The position numbers and the translations under genes were made by a program. A stretch of 64,000 bases of DNA from positions 16,341,245 to 16,405,244 of the forward strand of contig CM119264.1 of NCBI GenBank assembly GCA_051294375.1. Direction: 5' to 3'. Below, one piece after another: positions 1 to 14,061 of this stretch (its first letter is position 1; each line of letters begins with the position of its first letter). The notes under the pieces are model-generated. The model saw only the letters and a program-made list of their open reading frames with translations. It ran no database searches and had not been told where the DNA came from. This DNA comes from Paraspadella gotoi. Lineage: Eukaryota > Animalia > Chaetognatha.

Positions 1-1689
1 TTAACAATAACAAAAACAAAAACCGAAATAACAAAAGAAAGATGACAAAACAAAAAAGTTTTGAAAAACATGCAGTAAAACAATGAAGGTCATGCTGGTC
101 ACGGGGAAGAATGTTAAGACAATGATCACAATGGATTTAATATCATTATTCAGCTGCATAATTACGAAATTATTAATAAAGCCGCAGCTAGTTTTTTGGA
201 AAGAAAATCAAGAAGTTACGCTTATCAAACGCATACGATAAACGTGACAAAAATTATTTAGATGTCATCTGAAACAGCATGACATATCTAGGGCAGAGTG
301 AAACGAGTTATCGCAGAATCTAACTTGTTTACAAGTCGACCTCCCAATAACAAAACCGCGAACCCAAGCGCCTCCATTTGGGTCTGAAAAAGAAAAAAAA
401 AGAGATTTTTCTATCGACAGCTGAAAAGATAAAAAAACCACTAAAAATATTAAGGAAAAGAAGTATTTAAATTCAAAAACTTTATGATTTTTTTGAAAAA
501 CAGACGGCAGCGAAAAATTTTGTTGGCTATAAACACGAGCAGAAAAAGGAAGAGAGAGAGAGAGAGAGAAAGAGAGAAAGAGAGAAAAAGAGAAAAAGAG
601 AGAGAGAGAGAAAGAGAGAAATAGAGAGAGGGAGGAAAATAAACACGAGCAGAAAAATGAATAAAGAGAGAGAGAGAGAGAAAGCGAATGAGAGAGAGTG
701 AGAGAGGAAAAAACAGAAAGAGTAAAACCAAGAGCGAGTGCGAGAAATTAAGATAGTATCTGGTGGTGAAATCTATCGGCACTAAAATTGAAACCGAATT
801 CTGCTGATAAGCTCACTTTTCAGAACGTTTTTTCGGCTTATCAGATAAATCTTTTTATTACTTTTGGTAGGGAAAAAAATTCGAGGCATTAGTTATATTG
901 AAGATTAAAGACATTTTAAAATCTTGGAAACGTCTCCTATAATTAAGTTAATATAAAAGACAGAAAGAACAGAAAAATGTTTTTAAAAGTAAAAAAAAAT
1001 CCTTTTAAGGAACAAATAAAACGTTTTTGCCTTTGTTAGCAGAATAGAAATGTAAACAGTTTCGTCTTACTTATTTTACGTTTTTTCCTTTTATTTCAAT
1101 ATGTTGGACGACCGTCGCGCCGGTAAGGAAAGCCTACTTAAAATCCTTAAACCTAGATTTTCTTTATATTTGCAAAGGAAGGTAGCTCGTTTAGTTCGCT
1201 TACGCTCGTTTGTTGAAGCCTGACCTCAACTTTTCTTCGCCCCTGAACTCCAACGACTTACCTTTTCTTTCTGACCCGGAGTTTTCTTCGCTGATCCCAA
1301 GGAGACCAGACAAAGGACTTACCTCTTTGTCCTTCTCACCCGGTCCACTTACCAAAGGCCCGCGAGAGGTGGGATCCAATAAGTCGGGACCACTCGGGTT
1401 CAAAGGTCAGGAAGGGGTGCGAGCCCAATTTTACATCATTGGGGAGAAGTCAGGGGAGAAAATGAGAGAGAAAGAGAGAGAGAGAGAGAGNNNNNNNNNN
1501 NNNNNNNNNNNNNNNNNNNNNNNNNNNNNNNNNNNNNNNNNNNNNNNNNNNNNNNNNNNNNNNNNNNNNNNNNNNNNNNNNNNNNNNNNNNNNNNNNNNN
1601 NNNNNNNNNNNNNNNAGAGAGAGAGAGAGAGAGATTGAAAGGGAAGAATCAACGTAAACGATGATATTCATTTTTAAAGGTAGTTCTTC

Positions 1690-2993
1690 GCTTCTAATTA
1701 TATCTATTTGTTTTATAATATGAAAGCAAAAAAGCGTTAATGAAGAAAAAAGGAAATATAAAATTCCTTCATGTGAAACGTGGTAATTTACGCTTTCAAT
1801 TCCTGATAATTCTTGCAACTTTGCTCTTTTCGCCCATTAAAAATAAGGGTTCTCTCTCCTCCCTATCTCTCTCCTCTCTCTCTCTCTCTCCTCTCTGTCT
1901 CTCTCTCTCTCTTTTTTTCTCTCTCCTAGCATTCCTTTTTCTTCCAATCTACCTCTTTTCCTCTTAGCGTCAAATTCTTTTTCTCTCTCATCTCTTCTCT
2001 CCTTCTTTCTTCTCCATCTCTCTTCTCTTCTTTTCTTCTTTTTCTTTCTCTCCCCCTAAGTCGCTTCCAACTCTCTTTCTCTCTGTCTCTCTCTTTCCTT
2101 ATTTGTCGAATTCACATAAAATCCAATAAGGAAAATTTCCCGAGGAGCCATTCGTTCATCTCCTCAGGGAAAAATCGGGTAACAAACGATCCATGTCTCG
2201 TTTCTTTGTCGCATCCGCGGTCGGTGATCTCCGTGGGCTGAAGTTCGTAAGTTTGGGGGTGGCGAGTGGAGCGACTCTAAAATGGACGAAGGTGATGAGA
2301 AGGGCGAAGCAGACGTGAAAAAATAGGAGGGGAGGAGTTGAGTTCACCAATTACAGCTCATGGCGGATCTTTTCCTCCTACTCATAGCCCTTGGCCTTTT
2401 CCCCTCTCCACTCATCCACTTGAAACCCTTCCTCCCTCCCCCATCCCCTAGGCCCTTCCCGCCCCTCTTTCCCCTTGGTCCTTCCCCGCCCCCTATTCCA
2501 CCAAAATACCTCAATCCCCTTATTTTTTCACGTCTGCTTCGCCTCTCATAACCTTCGGCTTGAGGTCCGCTCCACTCGCCACACTAACTCAAGAGCCACC
2601 GCAAATCGAAAAGAAACGAACAGAATCGTACATTGAAAAGATTTAAAAATAAATAAAAGGAGGGACCAGAAGGAAAGATGAGAGTGAGGAGTGGTGAAAA
2701 AGAAGAAGGAAAGTGAAAAAAAAGAAAAAAAGAGAAAAAGAAAAGATCGGGGGGGCGGAGAGGAGAGAGAGGAGAGAACCCTTTTTTATCGGCGGCGAAA
2801 AAAGAGGCAAGTATAGTTGCAAGGGATTATCGGAAAGGTATTACATCGTTTCCACATGACAGGATTTTATATTTTTCCTTCTTCATAATAACCGCTTTGT
2901 TTCATTTAATAAAATCAAATAAAATATAAAACTTAACATGCGCCACCCCTCCCCGGATAACAACCAAAGATAAGCAAATCACTCTCTCTCTCT

Positions 2994-3063
<70 letters not shown>

Positions 3064-3645
3064 CAAACCTCTCACATTCTCTCATTCCTCTCTCTGTCTC
3101 ACACCTCCACTCTCTCTTTCTCTCTGTCTCTCTCTTTCCTTAATCTTTTGTTGTTTTCGAAATTCACATATAAAATCCAATAAGGGCGAAAATTTTCCCT
3201 GAGGAGCCATTCGTTCATCTCCTCAGTGGAAAAATCGCGGGGGGTAACAAACGATCATGTCTCGGGTTTCTTGTCGCATCACGCGGGTCGGTTGATCTCG
3301 TGCGGCTGAAGTTCGTAAGTTTGGTTGCGCTAGGCCGGGTGGCGAGTGGGGAGCGACTCTAAAATGGAGCCACAACGAAGGTGATGGAATAGGGTGCGAA
3401 GCAGACGTGAAAAAAATAGGATGGGGAGGATGGTAGCAGGTGAGATTTTGTTGGAATGAGGGGGGCGCGAGGAAGGAGCCAAAGGGGAAGAGGCGGTGGG
3501 TGCGGAGGCAAGGGGCCAAGGGGGGATGCAGGGCAGGCGGAAGGGGGAAGGGTTCCAAGGTGATCTGGAATGCAGTGGATCGAGAGGAAAAGGCCAAGGC
3601 GCTATGGAGTACGGAGGGAAAAGATCCCGCCATTGAGCTGTAATT
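1690..3645. repeat. Nested noisy direct and inverted duplications (1690-1860 vs 2770-2930 inverted; 2090-2345 vs 3110-3440 direct; 2350-2580 vs 3340-3645 inverted)
   Basis: Shared strings such as aattacagctcatggcggatc / gatcccgccattgagctgtaatt, and gaggagccattcgttcatctcctcag present twice. Confidence 0.75.
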
Positions 3646-3654
3646 GGGGCGGTA

Positions 3655-6354
3655 GAAGGAGTTTCATAGGAAAAAAAAAAAAAAATGGGGCAGGCTATTG
3701 GACTTGGGAAGAGCGAGGAGACTGATGGGCGATCGTTGGTTCACTGTTCAGGTGCGGACAAGAAACTACATGAAAGTTAAAGAACCAACTCTTGAGCGCG
3801 ACGACGCACGAATAATTCCGTCTCCTAAAACCAATTTCTGCGAGTGGAGATGTGGCGTTCGAAACAAGAGTCAGCAACTCTCCAGGCTTCAACTTACTCT
3901 TTTTCTTTTTCTTTCTTTCTTTCTCTTTTATTTTTTACTCACTCGCAATCTCAGCCACCTCCTCATTCGCTTCGGTAACTCTCTTTCTCTTTATTTAGTC
4001 AATACTATTAGAATTAATAATCGGGGAACCCCTAAAAAGGAACTCATTGTTTTTTTTCATTCAGTCAAAACGGGGAGGAAACTAGTTCTAAAATGTTAAA
4101 ACTGAGGCACAAAAGTGGCCTCCTCAACGAATGGTGCTGAAGTCGGAAAAGTTTTTTGACCGATGGATCGTGCGGACCAACCTAATTAAACGTGGGGAAG
4201 CAATTGGAGGAGCTTTCTTGAACTCGCACAAGAAATGGCATAACGCAAAGGATATTAATGCGTAGCCGGCCTCTTTGCAGGCAAAAGTGCCTGAGATTTA
4301 AAAGGAAAGACTAGACGGGAAAAGGGAAAGCAGAAGCCGCGGGCCCGCGAACATCTGGTTAAGTCAATTTTTCTCGGTATAGAAAACTGTAAGGTACATA
4401 GTTATTTTAAAAAAGCTGGGTAAAATTTAAAAGGTTTCATTCTTTTTTAAATATTTGAAAAAAAACCTTTTTTCTTTTAAAATTAATAAAAGCTTTTTTT
4501 CTTTTAACTCGCGACCGCTTAAATTTCCTTAACATAAAATATAAATTCTATCCAAAAACGTTTCCGCCCCCCGTACAAGCAGAATCCCTTTCGCAAGCCC
4601 GCGTCCCAATCGTGAACCCTTCGCGTCAGAGCTGGTTCGCGTGACCCGGAAAGGCTTGCAGTTTCTGACCCGTCCAGTCCGGCCAACCTTGGCGATTTTT
4701 TTTTTTTTTTTTTTTAAGAGAAGGAGAAAAAGAATATATTCTGGCTTTGAATTCTTTTCTGGCGCCTTCCTCTCCCTCTCTCCCCTCTCCCATGCTTCTT
4801 TATCGCCGTTTTGCATAAATTTAAGTCCCTCGGTAATCTGTCTCTTTTATTTAACGGCTGTAAAAAAGAAAAATTTCTCGTCGAGCGTGGTTTGCGCGTC
4901 GTTGTGTGTGGCTTTCGTGCGATCGGGAGAGAGAGGAAGAGGAGGAGAGAGAGAGGGATAGGCGAGAGAGATTGGAGAAGGTGTTGGGGTAACGTGGTTC
5001 TGTGGCCCTCAAAAGATGACCGGAGTAGAGAGCTGATTATGGCGCATAAATCTGTCTAATTAGTATTTTGAATTTACCTGAAATAATTGTAGATTGCCCA
5101 AGTTGTAAAATGTAATTAACCATGACAAATGATTACGTCTTAATCCCTTTGAACCGAAAAATGGGAAATGCACTTAATTCTCTGCCTCCTTCCCGTCTCT
5201 CTTCCCTTTTTGTTTATCTAAATTCACTAAAATGTTTACAATAATAGGCAGCCGAGCTCTGAGAATCTACCAGGATATTAAACTTTGTTCTTGTAGAATC
5301 TCTGTCATCNNNNNNNNNNNNNNNNNNNNNNNNNAAGGAGTTCAAGGAAAAAAATGGGGCAGGATTGGACTGGGGAAGAGGAGGAGACTATGGGCGATTC
5401 GTGGTCACTGGTCAGGTGGGAAAGAACTACCATGAAAGTCAAAGACCAACTCTTGAGCGCGACCACGAATAATTCCGTCTAAAACCATTCGCGAGTGGAG
5501 ATGTGGCGTTCGAACAAGTCAGCAACTTCTCCAGCTTCAACTTCTCTTTTTCTTTTTCTTTCTTTCTCTTTTAGTTTTACTCACTCGCAATCTCAGCCAC
5601 TCTCTCTTCTTCGGTAACTCTCTTCTCTTTATAGTCAATACTATTAGAATTAATAATGGACTAAAGGAACTCATTTTTATTTCAGTCAAAAGGAAACGTT
5701 TAAAAGTAAAACTGAGGCAAAAGTGGCTCAACGAAGGTGCTGAGTCGAAAAGTTTTTGACCGACGGAGTGCGACCAACTAATTAAAACGTGGAAGCAATT
5801 GGAGAGCTTCTTGAACTCGCACAAGAAATGGATACGAAAGGATTAATGGGCGCCTTTGCGGCAAAGTTGCTGAGATAAAAGGAAAGACGAGGAAAGGAAA
5901 GAAGCCGGAGGCCCGCGACATCTGTTGTCAATTTTCTCGGTAGAAACTGAGGACATAGTTAAAAAGCTGGTAAAATTAAAGTTCAGTTTTTAATATTTGA
6001 AAAAACCTTTAAAAAAAGCTTTTCTTAACTCGCGACCTTAAATTTCTTAACATAAAATATATCTATCAAAAACGTTTCCGCCGTAAAGAGAATCCCTTTC
6101 GAAGCGCCGTCCATCGTGACCCTTCGGTCAGGGGGCGTGACCCGGAAGGTTGCAGTTCTGACCCTCCAGTCCGCCACGTGGCGATTTTTTTTTTTAAGAG
6201 AAGAGAAAAAGAATATATCTGGTTGGAATCTTCTGGCGCTTCTCTCCCTCTCTCCCTCTCTCCCGCTTTTATCGCCGTTTTGCATATTTAAGTCCTCGTA
6301 ATCTGTCTCTTTTATTTAACGGGAAAAATTTCGAGCGTGGTTGCGCGTGTGTGT
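3655..6354. repeat. Direct duplication of about 1.0-1.25 kb (3655-4915 vs 5335-6354), separated by unique sequence and a 25-N gap
   Basis: Colinear match differing mostly by single-base insertions in the first copy. Confidence 0.9.
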
Positions 6355-7895
6355 NNNNNNNNNNNNNNNNNNNNNNNNNNNNNNNNNNNNNNNNNNNNNN
6401 NNNNNNNNNNNNNNNNNNNNNNNNNNNNNNNNNNNNNNNNNNNNNNNNNNNNNNNNNNNNNNNNNNNNNNNNNNNNNNNNNNNNNNNNNNNNNNNNNNNN
6501 NNNNNNNNNNNNNNNNNNNNNNNNNNNNNNNNNNNNNNNNNNNNNNNNNNNNNNNNNNNNNNNNNNNNNNNNNNNNNNNNNNNNNNNNNNNNNNNNNNNN
6601 NNNNNNNNNNNNNNNNNNNNNNNNNNNNNNNNNNNNNNNNNNNNNNNNNNNNNNNNNNNNNNNNNNNNNNNNNNNNNNNNNNNNNNNNNNNNNNNNNNNN
6701 NNNNNNNNNNNNNNNNNNNNNNNNNNNNNNNNNNNNNNNNNNNNNNNNNNNNNNNNNNNNNNNNNNNNNNNNNNNNNNNNNNNNNNNNNNNNNNNNNNNN
6801 NNNNNNNNNNNNNNNNNNNNNNNNNNNNNNNNNNNNNNNNNNNNNNNNNNNNNNNNNNNNNNNNNNNNNNNNNNNNNNNNNNNNNNNNNNNNNNNNNNNN
6901 NNNNNNNNNNNNNNNNNNNNNNNNNNNNNNNNNNNNNNNNNNNNNNNNNNNNNNNNNNNNNNNNNNNNNNNNNNNNNNNNAGTGAGAGAGTATAGAGAAG
7001 ATAGGAGAGATACTGTCGTCGTCGCTCACCTTCCACCGAAGGCCACACAATTACTCAAAACACGGCAAGTCAACGCTCTAGCAAGTTAATATTTACGCAT
7101 TGAATACCCAATCGAATTCAATTTTATGAATTAGTTTATATTGATTGATTGAATGGTTGATTGATTTATTGATTCATTCATTAATTCGATTCATTGATAG
7201 TCTCATTCATTCATCATTCATTCATCATTCCTTAACATTAATTCATTAATTTATTGTTAAATTTTAGCAACTATCTCTTTCGTTCTCATCCGTTCATTAT
7301 TCATCTCATTAAGAATGCATTTACTTCTCCCATTCTTGCATTTATTTCTGCTCATAAATCACCGTCGATTCGCTTCGCTTCATTATTCTAGTATTCGTTC
7401 ATCCATGTTCGTCATTTCACACTCCTTGGTTCCAACATCCAATTGAAATTCCGAAGCTCATGAAAAATTACCGGCGGTGAATGCTTTTTGTTCGTTTGTT
7501 ATGTCGGTCACCGAGACATTAAAAACAAAAAGGCCAGATTGCTCCATCTTGCAGTCTTGTCCTTGTACCGTAGTTGTTCTTTTATTTGCAAAGTACTTAC
7601 GGTATTTCTAAACGGTTCTATACCCTTAACTGTTTCCAAGATTAAAAAATGAAATTGAAATGAATCCCTCCAGTCTTGTTACTACGCTAAACCGCAATTT
7701 TTGGGTGTGACGCCGTACCTGGTAGAGTTTCAAAAATAATCTTTTCGAAATTTCTTTCGCTTCTTTTTCATCAGTAATTGGCAACGGGAATTATTCGAGA
7801 GATAAAACTAAAAAAGTTTTTGCTTTATTTTGAAAAAAAAAAAAAAAACAAAAGTAAAGAAAAACAAGGAATTAAAATTAATAAGACTTCTTTAG

Positions 7896-8252
7896 CGGCC
7901 TAAACAACAACAAACACAACAACAACAACAACATCTTTACAACTCGATCACCAAACAACCACTTAACCGTTTAGTGGTCAGTTAAACCTGACCAGGTAAC
8001 CAGTTAATCTCATTTACCCGTTCTTGACAATTGTAACCTTTTTACTGTTTTGCTTTTATGTTTCCTCTTTTTGTTGATGATCATAATATACTTGCCTTTC
8101 TCACAAAAAAATAGAAAATCATGAACGAGTAAACACTAAACAGAGATTAACTGGTTACCTGGTCAGGTTTAACTGACCAATAAACGGTTAAGTGGTTGTT
8201 TGGTGATCAAGTTGTAAAGTTGTTGTTGTTGTGGTTGTTTTTTTTTAGGCCG
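7896..8252. mobile_element. MITE-like element, about 115-bp terminal inverted repeats (7896-8011 / 8143-8252)
   Basis: cggcctaaa...ccaggtaaccagttaatctc vs gagattaactggttacctgg...tttaggccg; 130-bp non-coding spacer; TTAG/TTAA flanks. Confidence 0.6.
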
Positions 8253-8654
8253 TTAAGGTTTTTTACAATAATAGATTTAAAATTTGTATTTGTGAGGAAC
8301 CGCTCTAAAATGTAGCTGAGAAAACGTCGATTTTTAACTTTAAAATATTATATTTTTAAAGAGAAAAAATTTCTGTTAAAAATATCGGGTTTTCGGTAAA
8401 AAAAGATCCAAAAATTTTAATCTCCATTTTAATGTTTTCTTCGGCGCCGAGAAAATTTTTCGTCGCCTGGCGACGAGGTTTTTTTTCGCGTCGATTCCAA
8501 GCAACGTAATCGTTTTAAAGGTCGTATCCGCTTAGAAAGAATCACAGACGGATTTAAATGATAGATATCGGCGCCAGGTTACCGAAAACCTAGGAAAACA
8601 TTATGAAGCCAATTCGCGCGACGAGATAAATTCCGCTTGGATCTTTGCGCTGTT

Positions 8655-8945
8655 TTAAAAGAGCAAGTCTCGCGTAAATTCTTGAAAGACTTCCTCTTAA
8701 AATATTTTTATTTGAAGCGACAGGATTTTTCATTGACTATATAGCTATATGATATTTTATAAGGTATATTGTTTTTCCCGTAGGCAGGCGCCGATCAAAA
8801 ATCCCCAAAATTATGCGCCGCCTACGGAAAAAGAACAATGATACCTTATAAAAATAAATATACTAGTCAATGAAATCCTGTCGCTTCAAATAATAATATT
8901 TAAGAGGAAGTCTTTCAAGAATTATACGCAAGGCTTGTCTTTTAA
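8655..8945. repeat. Fold-back hairpin, about 135-bp arms with a loop of about 25 nt
   Basis: ttcttgaaagacttcctcttaaa / tttaagaggaagtctttcaagaa; tttgaagcgacaggat / atcctgtcgcttcaaa. Confidence 0.8.
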
Positions 8946-11249
8946 GGCCTGGATCATTAAACAAGAATTGCATAACAGCTTTATACAAATCATTCCTTTA
9001 TGTTAAAAGAAGTAAATTTCCTTCGTTTTCAAATTAAAAAAAATTCGAATTTGAATAAGGTTTTAGACTTCAAAGCCACCCAAAAATCGCGGGCAATTTT
9101 TTTTATCCGAGTAAATCCTAAAAAACTTCATTCAAGACGGTAAAGTCATTTTTAAAAGGCGAATTCAATTCTTTTTATTCAATTAACATCAGCTTACCTC
9201 AGATGTATACTAGTAACCTAAAGCTAGTCATTCTTATGATGTAATGGATCAGAAAGGATGAAATATAAACGTTATGTGAGAGAGGCAGAAACATAATTTA
9301 ATATGCCTGAATACCATTTTTTTACTAAAAGAGTTATGTACAAAAATTGTTACAATTTCTAAAAGTCAAAGACTCAATCGTCCATTGGGCATCTGCAATA
9401 CGGATCCTTCTTGAGTAGAAACACCTATGTGCCATAGCGCAGGTCACTGATCCAGATGGACAATTCGTTATGCTCTCTCTTGCAATTAGTTTCCGTTCCC
9501 CACATTCAAAACTGCATCTCTCTCTTNNNNNNNNNNNNNNNNNNNNNNNNNTGATGCTGGGTTTTCAATCACGTATTTCACGATCGCGAGACACAATATT
9601 TTGTATTTTGGCGGACGTTTGTTGGCGCTGAAACGGAATTGTGATGGACAGTTGTGAAAAGCCTCCGATTGTCGCCAGCCCAAAACTCTTGATTGCCATC
9701 GAGAGAAAAAAAAAAAGGATATGGTCGATGCAAAAAAAAATAGTTTGCAAAATGCAGAGATGCAGAGATGCCTGAAATTCTCTTTTCCTTTACGGATTTT
9801 ACAAAATTTTAACATTACAACATTACAACTTTTTTACCATTATATAATATTTATACGGAAAGACAGATGGACAGTAGGACGGAAAGTCAGACAGATCCCA
9901 AAATAAATAATAGAGTTATAAAACTTCGGTATTCACGACTAAAAATTTAAATCACAATCACAAAGTCTTCTGAACCTGGCGTCGCAGACAAAAAATGATT
10001 GGCGCCCGATTTTAATATTTTCGACGGGTTAAGAGAAAGGGAAAGGAATCTTCGTCCTTAGGAATCTTCTTCTGATATAATTTGACAGAAATCCTTCTTG
10101 GAATTCTAGATCCGCTGCTCTTTTTCATTCATTCACCCTTTTCCCTCAGATCCTATTTATAATTTTGTCTCAAGACAATTTTCTCTTCGCTAAAACTTTT
10201 TTGTCACAAATCCATTTTTATCTGTAGTCTTTCATAAGCAATTTACATATTAACGTGTTTTTTGTAAATTACTGTACATTTTGTTAAATCAATTCCTGAT
10301 TGAGCCTTTCGACCTAACGGTCCTAATGCCCCAAACCACCAAATACTTTCCCCATTTTCGCCCTATCTCTTTTCAGAATTCTGAAGTTTGTATTCCCCCT
10401 TTCTCTCTCTCTCTCTCTCTCNNNNNNNNNNNNNNNNNNNNNNNNNNNNNNNNNNNNNNNNNNNNNNNNNNNNNNNNNNNNNNNNNNNNNNNNNNNNNNN
10501 NNNNNNNNNNNNNNNNNNNNNNNNNNNNNNNNNNNNNNNNNNNNNNNNNNNNNNNNNNNNNNNNNNNNNNNNNNNNNTCTTTCTTTATCGGCAGACGGCG
10601 CGTCGAGCAGAGGGTGCACCGCCGAGGTCGCGCCCCCTAACTCCTAAAAGGCTCATATGAATTCCTGGTTTTCTTCCGGGCCTCTCAAGCCTGTGCTGTT
10701 ACCTGTCGAAATGTGACAATCAACGTCGAAGGGGAGACCCCGGATCATTAACCTCGGGGAAGGAGGAAGGGCAAGGAAGGGGGGAGGGTTGTGGGTGATG
10801 AAGGGATTGGGGTCGAGTGATAAAGGCCGGTACGAACTATGAAGTGGACCAAAAATTTAATAGATAATATATTAATAATGCTCGTTTAAAAGACCTAATA
10901 TATTTAATCAAGAGCCGAAATCATTGAAATGACCCAATCCTTTCCATTCTCTCCACCGCATTCCCACTTCATTAGTCCTCGACGATTTTCCGACTCACTA
11001 ACCGCGCCGATAACCAGTTTACCCACGCCCATTCCATCGCCCAACTCCGGAGACTCTAGTTGTTGTTGTTGTCGGCGTTGTCGACGACGTTGATTGGCAA
11101 TGAAGGAGACTGAGATAATTTAGTCGAAACTGCGGCCAGGGAAAAAAAGCGGAGGTCAAGCGATTCGATGGATTAGGGTTAATTTTTGTTAATGACGACT
11201 TCTGGGGATAAAGAGAGAAGAGGGGGAAAAAGTGGGACCGGGAGGAAAG

Positions 11250-11830
11250 AAAAGAAGAAATGAGGGGGAGAGGAAAAGAAGAGGAAGAAAGGAGGAAATT
11301 GGGAGGAAAGGAAGAGAAGAGGAAGATAGGAGGAAATGGGAAGGAGAGGAAAAGAAAAANNNNNNNNNNNNNNNNNNNNNNNNNNNNNNNNNNNNNNNNN
11401 NNNNNNNNNNNNNNNNNNNNNNNNNNNNNNNNNNNNNNNNNNNNNNNNNNNNNNNNNNNNNNNNNNNNNNNNNNNNNNNNNNNNNNNNNNNNNNNNNNNN
11501 NNNNNNNNNNNNNNNNNNNNNNNNNNNNNNNNNNNNNNNNNNNNNNNNNNNNNNNNNNNNNNNNNNNNNNNNNNNNNNNNNNNNNNNNNNNNNNNNNNNN
11601 NNNNNNNNNNNNNNNNNNNNNNNNNNNNNNNNNNNNNNNNNNNNNNNNNNNNNNNNNNNNNNNNNNNNNNNNNNNNNNNNNNNNNNNNNNNNNNNNNNNN
11701 NNNNAAAAGAAAAAGAAGATAGGAGGAAATGGGAAGGAGAGGATTAGAAAAAGAAGATAGGAGGAAATTGGGAGGAAAGGAAAAGAAGAGGAAGAAAAGA
11801 GGAAATGGGAGGAGAGGATAAAAGGAGAAT
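11250..11830. repeat. Purine-rich minisatellite of about 38-40 bp (gaagataggaggaaatgggaaggagagg...), largely an N gap
   Basis: The same unit occurs on both sides of the 11360-11704 gap. Confidence 0.65.
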
Positions 11831-13422
11831 AAAAGGTTAATTGGGGTGTTGAGAAAAAAGAGATGATGAAAAAAGAAAAAAAGAGCAAGAGGATGAAAAG
11901 GGGAAATACCAGTTTGAAACAGAGGAGTCAGGGGAAGAAAGAAAGAAGAGATAAATGGAAGAAAGAAAAAAAAAAGAATATAAGAGAATAAAGGAGGAGG
12001 AAAAAAGCAGCAACGCGGGGGAGAGTAAAGAGATGCCTCGCGTCTCTGGCGGATTCGAGTGAATCGCATTAACAAATTCGAAAGAAAAAAAAGAGGTGAT
12101 GGAGACGAAAGTGAGAAAGAAGTTTGAAGAATGAAGAGAAACAAAAGAAAAGAGACGGTCGAGGAAAGGACGAAGAAATTATGTTGGAAAAATGAAGGTG
12201 AGGTCAGTTGGAATGGAAGAAGGGGTAAAGAAGGTGACGAAATTAAAGCGAAAAGAAACAGCAAGAGGAGGGAATTACATGAGAATAAAGGAAAAGGATA
12301 GAAAAATTCAAAAAAGTGAAAAATCAAAAAATAAAGAAAGACTCGAACTGAAAAAGAGAAAAGGGAAAAAAAGGGGGAAAAAAAAGGAAGGAATGGCCGA
12401 CGACCGGGAGAGAGAAGGTCGGGGAACCCACGTTTTTCTCATTTCAATATTCATGGGCGCGAGAGAATTTCCGGAAAACGAGAACAGGGAACCGAAATTC
12501 CTCCGCGGATTCTTTTAAAAAATGTATATGAAACGCTTTGCTTGAAACGGAGATAAATTTTCCGCTTCCATATCGGAAACAGTTCCAGCGTTGAGCGATA
12601 GAGAGGGAGACGTGACGAGAGAGCGAGCGAGAGAGGGAGACAGAGTCCGGAGTCTCCGCCAGTTACCGATGAAGACGCTCAGTCGTTCCCGCGAGTCTCG
12701 TAACCAGATTGTATCGCTCCCCTTCTTTCCACTTTTCTCTTTTCTATTGTTCTTTTTTTTTTCTGTCCTTTTTTGCGCTTTTCTCTCTTTTTCCACCGGA
12801 CGTGCATCGAGAAAGCGATTAAGCGTCGCTCTGGTATTGGAAGGAGACGCCCGACGATCATAAAAGCGATTAAAGGCGATTGAAAGCGATGGATGCGAAG
12901 CGATTTGTCGAAGTTGGCGAAGAGGAATCTCGTCGTGGCTGAAGTCGTTCGATAACAGGGTCGAGGGGAAGATGACCGCGCGGGGGGGGGGGGACACGGG
13001 TCACGGATCGATCGCTCAATATTGAGATCGAAAGGGGAAAAAAAGCTGAATCTGAATTTGTTGAGACTCAGTCAGAGCCTTAAAAATTTACTAGAAAGTT
13101 ATTTATAATTTATTTCTAGGTGCTTTCGTCGTCCATTATAAACTTTAAAGATGAAAATTTAGAGAAGTGGTTTTATTTTAAACTCAAATATTTCTATCGA
13201 CTACGACAACGCATTACATACAACGACGACCACGTTGAGTCCTCAAATGTCTTTTGGTTGAGAGAAAAACAAAAGATAAAAGTATACAAAGTATACAAAG
13301 TAAATAATTAAAGGTGAAATATAACTAATACAAGAAATGAAGCGTTAAAAGAGAAAAGTTTAAAGTGTATATCTGAGATATTTAAAATTTAAAAAGGCAT
13401 GACGAGAGTGTGTGTGTGTGGT

Positions 13423-13498
<76 letters not shown>

Positions 13499-14030
13499 AA
13501 GAGAGAAAGAAAGAAAGAAAGAAAGACGAAAAAGAAATAACAAGTAAGAGAACAAAGATCCGAGAGGGCTTTTACTTCAATGGCTTGGGCGGCTGAGTTT
13601 CCAAACAGAAATTAGCAAATAGGCTCTTAACAATTAAAGTAATCGTAATTTTCATTATAGTTATTCACGAGTAGTTTACAAACTGCAAAGGCTTGGCTTA
13701 CTCTCTTCAAAGATTCATCGAAGCTTTTTTGTACTTTGGTTTAAATTTCGAAATAATTCCAATTTTTAAAAATAGCTTATGTCAATGATAATTTCCTCGA
13801 AGAGAATTAGATTACGAATATGGGTAAAAAGCCTGAAATTTAAAGGATTTTAATTAAAATAGTGGGCTAAACTGTAAAGAAATAATCGAATCACTTCGTA
13901 TCGGAAGAGATTAAAATGGTCGCTGAGAGAAAAATAGATTACTTTAAAGGGCAAAGAAAAAAAGATGTGTGTGTGAGAGAGAGAGAGAAAGAGAGAGAGA
14001 CAGAGAGAGAGAGAGAGACAGAGAGAGAAA

Positions 14031-14061
<31 letters not shown>

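Noticed and set aside
11019-12327. Long Phe/Leu/Ser-rich ORFs resembling membrane proteins
   Set aside because: Antisense of a purine-rich minisatellite plus an N gap.
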